64,000 nt of DNA from NCBI GenBank assembly GCA_963815215.1, contig CAWFFU010000010.1, positions 295,863 through 359,862 on the forward strand, in the 5' to 3' direction. Made by a program: the position numbers and the translations under genes. Shown here piece after piece: positions 57,449-64,000 of the stretch; positions within the stretch are counted from its first letter, which is position 1, and every line of letters begins with the position of its first letter. The stretch comes from an uncultured Trueperaceae bacterium (GTDB taxonomy: Bacteria; Deinococcota; Deinococci; Deinococcales; Trueperaceae). Under the pieces are notes generated by a model, which saw only the letters and a program-made list of their open reading frames with translations, did not search any database and was not told where the DNA came from.

Positions 57449-58372
57449 ATGGATCGTTCCCGGGGCGCACTGCTTGGACTCGCGGTCGGCGATGCGTTGG
57501 GGACGACGCTGGAGTTCAAGGAGACGGGAACGCTCGCGCCCATCCGCGACATGGTGGGCGGCGGTCCCTTCGGATTGTGGCCGGGTCAGTGGACCGACGA
57601 CACCAGCATGGCGCTCTGCCTGGTCGAGAGTCTTGTCGAGAAGCAGGGTTTCGACCCTCGCGATCAGATGGAACGCTACGTCCGGTGGTGGAAGGAAGGG
57701 CACTGGAGCAGTACGGGACGGTGCTTCGACATCGGGGTGACGACGCGGGCGGCGTTGCAGCGCTCCATCGACACGGGGGAGCCGTTCGCGGGCTCGACGG
57801 ATCCTCGTACTGCTGGGAACGGGTCGTTGATGCGGCTCGCTCCGGTGCCGATAGCCTTCGCCACCGAGCCTCAGCGGGCGATGGACCTGGCGGGGGAGAG
57901 TTCTAGGACTACGCATGGGGCGCGGACCTGCATCGACGCCTGTCGGTACTTCGGCGGTCTGATCGTGGGTGCCCTCGAAGACCGACCGAAGGCCGAGTTG
58001 CTGGCGCGAAGGTTCAGCCCGGTCGATGGCTACTGGACTGCGCATCCGTTGGATCCGCTGATCGACGAAGTGGCGTCGGGGTCGTTCAAGTGCAGGGAGC
58101 CTCCGGAGATTGTCGGGAGTGGCTGGGTGGTCCGGTCCCTGGAGGCGGCGCCCTACGCGTTCGCGAGCACGTCATCGTTCGAGGAAGGTGCGCTTCGAGC
58201 GGTCAACCTCGGGAACGATGCGGACACGACGGGTGCCATCTACGGCCAGATAGGTGGCGCCTACTACGGTGCCGACGCCATTCCCGAGCGATGGCGAGAC
58301 CGGATCGCTTCGCTTCACGCCATCGAAGGGTTCGCGGACAGACTCCTCGAGCTGGCTCGCTCGCCCGGCTGA
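57449..58372 (+). CDS. ADP-ribosylglycohydrolase (DraG/ARH family)
   Basis: GDALG, WTDDT, GNGSLMR, THG and [10 protein letters not shown] motifs. Confidence 0.93.
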   Translation: MDRSRGALLGLAVGDALGTTLEFKETGTLAPIRDMVGGGPFGLWPGQWTDDTSMALCLVESLVEKQGFDPRDQMERYVRWWKEGHWSSTGRCFDIGVTTRAALQRSIDTGEPFAGSTDPRTAGNGSLMRLAPVPIAFATEPQRAMDLAGESSRTTHGARTCIDACRYFGGLIVGALEDRPKAELLARRFSPVDGYWTAHPLDPLIDEVASGSFKCREPPEIVGSGWVVRSLEAAPYAFASTSSFEEGALRAVNLGNDADTTGAIYGQIGGAYYGADAIPERWRDRIASLHAIEGFADRLLELARSPG

Positions 58373-58516
58373 GCGGCCGCCGCCTTCGTGCCGAAGATCG
58401 AAGAGGCTTGTTGATCGTATGGCTCCGTTTCGGCTGCGCTGCTACTGCACAGCGGCCCGCTGGAGGTACGGCGTACCATGCGGCGTACACGTTGCCGGTG
58501 GAGATGGGGGCGCGGG

Positions 58517-59644
58517 GTGGTCGTTGTCACGTGGAATCTCGGCCGTAGCCATCATGGAGCCCAGATGCAGTTCGTCCGGAGCCTGTCTCCCGACGTTGTG
58601 GCGTTCCAGGAGGTTAGCGCTGCAGCGGTTCAGCAGATCACGCGTGCGCTCGCTGATGCGGGACTGAGGTACGTCGTGTCGACTGTTGGCGACGATCGAA
58701 GCTACCCGTTCGTGCTCGTCACGGGAGCCAGGTGGCCGGTGAGGGTCGGCAACACGTCCGCTGCATCGCTTCCGTTCCCCGAGCGCGTGCTCGTCACAGA
58801 AGTGGACGCCCCAACGGGAGGCGTTGAGCTGGTGAACGTGCATGTGCCGCCGGCGACCTCGAGCGGAGTCGCGACCAAGATCGCGACCTTCGAAGGGCTG
58901 AAGCAGCTATTGTCCCAGCCGACGGACCGGCCGCGCATCGTGTGCGGCGACTTCAACACCCCGAAGGCCGAAAGCGCATCTGGTCAGGTGGTGTTCTGGG
59001 GGGATCAGCGCCAGGTCCAGGCGGAGCGCGACATCATCCTCGGGTTGCCCGAGGTTGGGCTTGCCGATGTGTTCCGATCGCTTCACGGGTACGGAGAGAA
59101 GGCGGTCTCCTGGCGTGCAAGCAACGGGACTGGACGCCGCTACGACCACGTCTTCGCTGCCGCGGAATTGCCTGCCTCCGACGCGCGCTACGAAGACCTC
59201 GACGAGATTGCCGCGCAACGTCTCGGTGACCACGCCCCTCTCCGCGTGGTGTTCGATGACCTTTCGACTAAGAGCGCTGCGCCTCAGCGCAGCGTGATGG
59301 AAGGCCCCAAAATGGCGTCCTCCGAGCCGCGCGCCGTTCGCCGGAAAGGACCTGCTATGGAACCTGATGGTCACGAGCCTCTTCGGTCATTCCTGACACG
59401 TCTCGACTTTCTGCACGATGTTCGGCAGTTGCCGGACGACGCCCGGCGCGGGCAGTTCTTCCGGGGGTGGCGCCGAGCGGTGACTGGACCAGCCTATGCG
59501 CGGAGCACGCTTCGCCGGCTCACCTGGAACAACCTCGGATATCGAGCCGGCATGGAGTTCGGCCCGGCATCACACGAGCGGATCGATGAGGCGTTCGAGA
59601 GCCTCGCGCGGATCTATTCGGTCGACGGCCCACTGCGTTCCTAG
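58517..59644 (+). CDS. Endonuclease/exonuclease/phosphatase (EEP) protein with an unknown C-terminal domain
   Basis: TWN, DVVAFQEV, NVHVP, CGDFN, YDH and GDHAP motifs; start uncertain. Confidence 0.85.
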   Translation: MVVVTWNLGRSHHGAQMQFVRSLSPDVVAFQEVSAAAVQQITRALADAGLRYVVSTVGDDRSYPFVLVTGARWPVRVGNTSAASLPFPERVLVTEVDAPTGGVELVNVHVPPATSSGVATKIATFEGLKQLLSQPTDRPRIVCGDFNTPKAESASGQVVFWGDQRQVQAERDIILGLPEVGLADVFRSLHGYGEKAVSWRASNGTGRRYDHVFAAAELPASDARYEDLDEIAAQRLGDHAPLRVVFDDLSTKSAAPQRSVMEGPKMASSEPRAVRRKGPAMEPDGHEPLRSFLTRLDFLHDVRQLPDDARRGQFFRGWRRAVTGPAYARSTLRRLTWNNLGYRAGMEFGPASHERIDEAFESLARIYSVDGPLRS

Positions 59645-59755
59645 GGCGTTTGCATCCTCGAAGGCGAATTGGGGCGCGCGAGAGGTTGTGGATTCACCGG
59701 CGGCCCAACGACTTGGAGTAGAAGGTATGCCGGTGCGTTCAACGTGTGCTGAGCT

Positions 59756-60946
59756 TCAACCCATCAGACGAGCCTTGGCCGCCTGGAACTCTTCGTCGGT
59801 GAGGATGCCCCGCTCGTGAAGCTCCGTGAGCATGTCCAACTCCCGCGCCGCCGACGAGCGGGGCTGAGACACAGTGCCGCCAGTCCCCTCTTCAACGAAG
59901 GTGAAGCGGTCCCGGTAGAGCTTCTGGAAGAAGTACCGGACGGGGTCCAGACGCGTTGACTTCACGGCGAAGTTGAGTTGGTACGTGCGACTGGGGGCGC
60001 GCGCTTCGATCGTGAGGACGGCGCTTCCGATCGCCTCGGACCGTTCGAGGCCGCTCATGCCGGCCACGCCGGCGCTCAGTCGGCCGAACAAGCGCACGCC
60101 CACGAACCCCCCATCGAGGCTGGCTTGTTCGTCCAGGACGGCGGCGCGCGCGTTCTCGCGGATGGATACCGCGTTGACGATGTCGTGACGGAGGTGGACG
60201 GCGTGGCCGTCCCCGTAGCCAGTCCTGAACACCCAGGTGGGTTCGATCCGGATAACCAGGCCCGTGCCTACGTCGTCAAAGCGAACCTGGCGGTTCGAAA
60301 GCTCCGTATAGGCGCGGTCCTTCGTATTCTCGCGCTCCAGCCAGCCCTCGAAGGCCGGGATGCCGCTCAGGTACGTCACGGCGGCCACCGTCTTCGGGCC
60401 ATTCTCCACGCCGTTCAGGACCATGGGTCCGTACAGCACGGTGAGCTCTTCTTTGGTGGAGAACTGCTCAAGCTCTACGGGCGCCGTGTTGCGCCGGCGA
60501 ACTGGCTCCTCGAGCAGGGCGATGAGTGCGCTACGAAGGTGTTGTCGACGTGCTTCGATCTCGCCGGGGTCGACACTGTCGAGCCGGTAGGCGGGAAAGG
60601 AGCGCATCCGTGCGAGCAGTCTCGCTACACGCGGCCAAGCCGCGGCGTCCACGACAAGCGTGATGCTTCCTTGCTGCGCGGCACCTCCGGGCACCTGCTG
60701 GATCGTGAGCTCGATGCCGGCCGCAGTCTGCTTCTTCAGGACGGATGTGAGCTTGCGGAGGGCGATGGCTTGGCCACTGGCGGTAAATCCTCCAGCTTGG
60801 ACGATCAGGAGATGCGTGGACGTCAGCGCCAGACCGCGACCCACACTTGTGGGAGCTTCAACATGGATAGGCCCTAGACCTTCTCTGGCCAAGAGGCGGT
60901 TCACCTGGATATCGAGACCGCTTGGAAGCCAACTGCGCCAACGCAT
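59756..60946 (-). CDS. SHOCT-domain protein with putative PH-like beta domains
   Basis: C-terminal ELDMLTELHERGILTDEEFQAAKARL is a SHOCT signature; AGGAGG RBS before ATG at 60946. Confidence 0.75.
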   Translation of the reverse strand: MRWRSWLPSGLDIQVNRLLAREGLGPIHVEAPTSVGRGLALTSTHLLIVQAGGFTASGQAIALRKLTSVLKKQTAAGIELTIQQVPGGAAQQGSITLVVDAAAWPRVARLLARMRSFPAYRLDSVDPGEIEARRQHLRSALIALLEEPVRRRNTAPVELEQFSTKEELTVLYGPMVLNGVENGPKTVAAVTYLSGIPAFEGWLERENTKDRAYTELSNRQVRFDDVGTGLVIRIEPTWVFRTGYGDGHAVHLRHDIVNAVSIRENARAAVLDEQASLDGGFVGVRLFGRLSAGVAGMSGLERSEAIGSAVLTIEARAPSRTYQLNFAVKSTRLDPVRYFFQKLYRDRFTFVEEGTGGTVSQPRSSAARELDMLTELHERGILTDEEFQAAKARLMG

Positions 60947-61339
60947 CGTTACCGTGCCTCCTGACGCGCGCATTCGCGCAGGAGCCCCTTCAGCGTCTGG
61001 GCCGGTTCCGGAACTGCTTGCAGCCAGCGTACTGCGCGGCTGGAGCGCATCCCGTGACCGCAGCCGAGCGCACCTACGTGGTCTATGCGCTCGCGGCTGG
61101 CGAAGCGTTGGAACCTTCTCTTCAGGGGCGAGGCTCCAAGAAGTAGTTCAGCCATGGTGTGTTGCGTCGCTCTTGTGCCTCGCCCATCCCGTAGAACTGG
61201 TCGAGATGGATGCGAAGGAACGAGCTGTGACGATCGTCTGACGAACGGACGTCCTGGACAATGATGCGGGATTGTCCAGGACGGTGCAGGAAAACGCCAA
61301 GCGTCTTCACGCAATAGGGGGTGTCTTCAATCGGCGCGC

Positions 61340-62482
61340 TCACGCGCTTCCCCAAAACCGGTACGCGAAATGGGCCAGTCGCATGATCTCAGGTACGTCG
61401 CCATTCGAGTCGATGTCGATGAACTGAACGGGTGGATCGGCTCGCCCCGAGTGCAGCCTCTCGTCCAGATCGAGATACGTGTCAGGCAGCTGGTCCTTGG
61501 AGGCGTGCAACCGGATCTCGACGCGACCTGTTTGCTGGGGCCTGGCAACGAAGAATACGTTCGTGCCGCGCCCGTAGAACCAGCCATTCGCCCGTGTGTA
61601 GCTGCTCGCACGCGGGAACTCGTCACGGAATGTCTGCTGGATCTCTTGGAAGAGATCGCGACGCTCCTTGGTCTCCATGTCATCGACAGGCAGTGGAGAG
61701 GCCGTCGGACCCGACCTCGCTCTTGCGGCATCTCTTGGCTCTTCGCGAGGCACCGTCCGCCCTGGGCTTATGCCGGGACCTGGCGTTGGCTGTGTTGCGG
61801 TGGATCGCAGTTGCCCAAGGATCTCGTGGTTGAAGTTGTAGAGCAGGCGGTCCAGCTCCCATCCCTCGAGTCCTGCCCTCTGTGCGACCTTGCGATAGAA
61901 GTCCTCGTGTTCCTGGAAACTGGCGAATGAGAGTCCCAGGGTCTTGCTGACGTTCTGGATTCGCTCGTCGACGGCCACGCTGTCTCGGAAGGCTGGGTGG
62001 TAGATGTCCATCGGTATGTTGCGCGCGTACTTCGGTCCGATGCCAGCGAAAGAACGCAGGAATGCGATGATCTCGTCCCTGTCGTTCATGACCCGAAAGC
62101 GCTCGTTGGCGGCTTCGAGCCCACCCATTGCCTCGATGCGGTCAAAGTTCTGTGCCAGCCACCCAGCTTTCTGGTCAGGCATTCGGACCTTCGCGCGTTG
62201 CAGGACGGTGCGCAACCGCTCCAAACGTTCGGTAGGCTCGAGTGCTGAAAGCGCCTGGAAGGTGACGAGTCGATAGTTGCCCTCGTTGCCTATGAGGCCG
62301 TCCCAGCCCCTCGAGTTGCCCATCGTGGCCATGCTGACCAGGAGACGCCTCCACAGGAAGTCGTCGGCGTCCATCTGATGTCGGCCTGTCTTGTGATGCT
62401 CGATCTCGTCAGCGTGGGTTGCGTACACGCCCTCGACGATCGGCGCCAGGACTTCGATGGCAGCTGCGATCTCTTCGGTCAT
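61340..62482 (-). CDS. HhH DNA glycosylase/AP lyase (Ogg-like) with an extra C-terminal domain
   Basis: RMPDQKA, HhH LRSFAGIGPKYA with Lys, AVDER Asp and ELDRLLY; AGGAGG RBS. Confidence 0.72.
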   Translation of the reverse strand: MTEEIAAAIEVLAPIVEGVYATHADEIEHHKTGRHQMDADDFLWRRLLVSMATMGNSRGWDGLIGNEGNYRLVTFQALSALEPTERLERLRTVLQRAKVRMPDQKAGWLAQNFDRIEAMGGLEAANERFRVMNDRDEIIAFLRSFAGIGPKYARNIPMDIYHPAFRDSVAVDERIQNVSKTLGLSFASFQEHEDFYRKVAQRAGLEGWELDRLLYNFNHEILGQLRSTATQPTPGPGISPGRTVPREEPRDAARARSGPTASPLPVDDMETKERRDLFQEIQQTFRDEFPRASSYTRANGWFYGRGTNVFFVARPQQTGRVEIRLHASKDQLPDTYLDLDERLHSGRADPPVQFIDIDSNGDVPEIMRLAHFAYRFWGSA

Positions 62483-62500
62483 CGCCTACCTCCTGCCACT

Positions 62501-62533
62501 ACCGTAGGGGGGCGGTGTGACAGTTCGTGTCAC
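62501..62533 (-). promoter_or_regulatory. Putative WYL operator/promoter: GTGACA-N5-TGTCAC palindrome, N10, then TACGGT -10 box
   Basis: Minus strand reads GTGACAcgaacTGTCAC-accgcccccc-TACGGT just upstream of the glycosylase RBS. Confidence 0.6.
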
Positions 62534-63504
62534 TGCTCTTCCTCGTAGGCGGAAATCGCATCCCGAAGGTCCCTCAGGACCTGTTCCCTCAACCATGTCG
62601 GCTCGAAGACTTCCATCTTCGGTCCCCAGCTCTCAATCCACGACTTCAGTTCGTTCGCCTCACCGCGCTCGGTCCGGGCCCCGGGAACCGAGAACACGAG
62701 CCCGCCATCATCGAGCACGCGGTCGATCTCGACCCCCCTGTTGTCGAACTCCTTCACTTGCATGGCAATCGATCCATCGCACCACAGCCGCGCTTGAAAT
62801 CGCTCGCCCGACAAGATGCCCCACGATGACTGGAGGTGCGGCACGGGATCGAACGTCGGCGGGATCTCGAAGTCCTCGTTCAGCAGGATAGGATTCTCGA
62901 TCCTGTCGAGTTTGAAAGTACGGATTCCCTGGCTTCGCCGCGAGTGCCCGATGACGTAGCCAGCCAGATTCACTGGACTCACCTCGTAGTGATACGCCTC
63001 GACGTCGTGCCGTTTGGTCGTCTCCTTGAAGGGATTCCTTCGATAGTCGATGCGCAGAACCTTGCTTTCGAACCACGCGCGGGCGACGAGTTCGAGTGTC
63101 CGGCTCGGCTTCTCCCGTCTTGCTGGCAGCCAGTCTTCGGCGGCGGCGAGTCGCGATCTCGCAGGCTCTGGCACCTGTTGGACGAGTTTTCGGAGAACGG
63201 ACGCGTAGTTCGCGTCCACCATGCGCGCGTGGTTCACGAGCAAGCGCGTCGCGGAGTAGATCGCGAGCGCCTCGGGAAACTCGAGTGCGAGCCCGGTCTT
63301 GGACGGCAGCGAGTATTCGCCGTCGTGGCCGTCGAGGCCCCTCTCGAGGTCGCCGATGACTTGCAGGTCCCTATAGATCTTCCTCGGGTGCACCCCAAAC
63401 TCGGCGGCAAGCTCCGGAACTCTCCTGGGACGGGCGCGGAGCGCCTGGATCATCCGCAGGATCCGCGCGGTCCGGACATACACCGGCTCACGTTCTCGTG
63501 CCAT
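62530..63504 (-). CDS. WYL-domain transcriptional regulator (HTH-WYL-WCX)
   Basis: ELAAEFGVHPRKIYRDL wHTH, YVIG...IRTFKLDRI WYL core and WGPKMEVFEPTWLR WCX. Confidence 0.93.
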   Translation of the reverse strand: MAREREPVYVRTARILRMIQALRARPRRVPELAAEFGVHPRKIYRDLQVIGDLERGLDGHDGEYSLPSKTGLALEFPEALAIYSATRLLVNHARMVDANYASVLRKLVQQVPEPARSRLAAAEDWLPARREKPSRTLELVARAWFESKVLRIDYRRNPFKETTKRHDVEAYHYEVSPVNLAGYVIGHSRRSQGIRTFKLDRIENPILLNEDFEIPPTFDPVPHLQSSWGILSGERFQARLWCDGSIAMQVKEFDNRGVEIDRVLDDGGLVFSVPGARTERGEANELKSWIESWGPKMEVFEPTWLREQVLRDLRDAISAYEEEQ

Positions 63505-63917
63505 GAGTCTCCTGCCGCGAGCTTACTCGCTCAACTTCCGCAAACCGGCAATGGCGCGTCGGGGCGCGGCGTGGGCAGTCGTATCCTTGAGCGTAATCCA
63601 GGTCGCCACAATAGGAGGTTGACAAGCGCCACATGGGGACTGAGTTGTGGATGACACTTGCGGCCCATTGCTTGTTTCCGATTCTCCCGTCAAGATCGGA
63701 AACGACGACAAGCTCGGCCGGTCGGGTCTTGCCAGGAAGTTGGTCGAAGCTCTCTTTGCCGTTCCAAGACAACGGAGTCTAGTGGTTCGGCTTGTCGGTA
63801 CCTGTGAATCAGAACCGAACTCCACAGTTCGCACAGACTATTGGACGCAACCGTGCTCGCGCCCCGAATGGCGCCCCACCCCTGGGGTACCGCAGCTTCT
63901 TCGGCCCACACCCTAAC

Positions 63918-63972
63918 TGGTCCAAATCCGCGGGGTCAGAGCACTTTGACCTAACCCCTGGAGCTTGGACCA
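63918..63972. mobile_element. Abutted IS3-family terminal inverted repeats (right end, 3-bp spacer, left end)
   Basis: TGGTCCAAATCCGCGGGGTCAGAGCA-ctt-TGACCTAACCCCTGGAGCTTGGACCA; the ends match at 18/26 positions as inverted repeats and have TG/CA termini. Confidence 0.65.
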
Positions 63973-64000
63973 GGTTAAGCGCCGGCTCTCGCTCTTCACC

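Larger units (their letters stand above)
31906..64000. mobile_element. tRNA-Ala-integrated genomic (defence) island; right boundary beyond the window
   Basis: Starts immediately after the tRNA 3' end with a tyrosine integrase; visibly lower GC and codon bias; cargo of R-M, DISARM-like, WYL and IS pieces. Confidence 0.85.

Noticed and set aside
63620..63625. TTGACA as a plus-strand promoter near the window end
   Set aside because: No matching -10 box at 16-18 bp and no intact downstream gene.
31906..64000. Prophage or conjugative element
   Set aside because: No structural, terminase, relaxase or T4SS genes are visible in this window, only an integrase.

Overview
The window has two halves. 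1-31905 is very GC-rich core chromosome; the S2, GlnRS and short EF-Ts sequences look Deinococcota-like, possibly Trueperaceae (inference). It carries glnS (5' part), cdsA, frr, pyrH, tsf and rpsB, a heme A/heme O/SURF1 cluster, transaldolase, a complete System I cytochrome c maturation operon (ccdA-ccmABCDEFGH plus a CcmI-like TPR/cytochrome c fusion and a Rieske protein), a TPR-GGDEF protein, a NarL-type two-component system flanked by two paralogous membrane proteins, rplS and tRNA-Ala(GGC). From 31906 to the window end is a less GC-biased island integrated at the tRNA with a tyrosine integrase, and it reads as a defence island. (i) A leftward four-gene operon encodes a GHKL/MORC ATPase, an unknown protein, a PLD-SNF2 helicase and a BglII-fold protein. 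(ii) Broken GmrSD-like and BglII-like remnants follow. (iii) A tightly coupled 16-kb rightward operon joins TOTE-like TBP-fold and TPR/OB proteins, a split DrmE-like pair, a NERD-SF1 helicase, DISARM-like DrmA/DrmB, a Mig-like mismatch glycosylase, a Sau3AI-like GATC restriction-modification pair and an ADP-ribosylglycohydrolase. (iv) An EEP nuclease with an unknown tail domain comes next. (v) A WYL regulator has a palindromic, PafBC-style promoter in front of an HhH DNA glycosylase/lyase. (vi) Abutted IS3-family ends close the window. Most island frameshifts sit at GATC, which suggests methylation-induced read errors and, indirectly, active GATC methylation. All family assignments come from reading motifs by eye; no searches were run.
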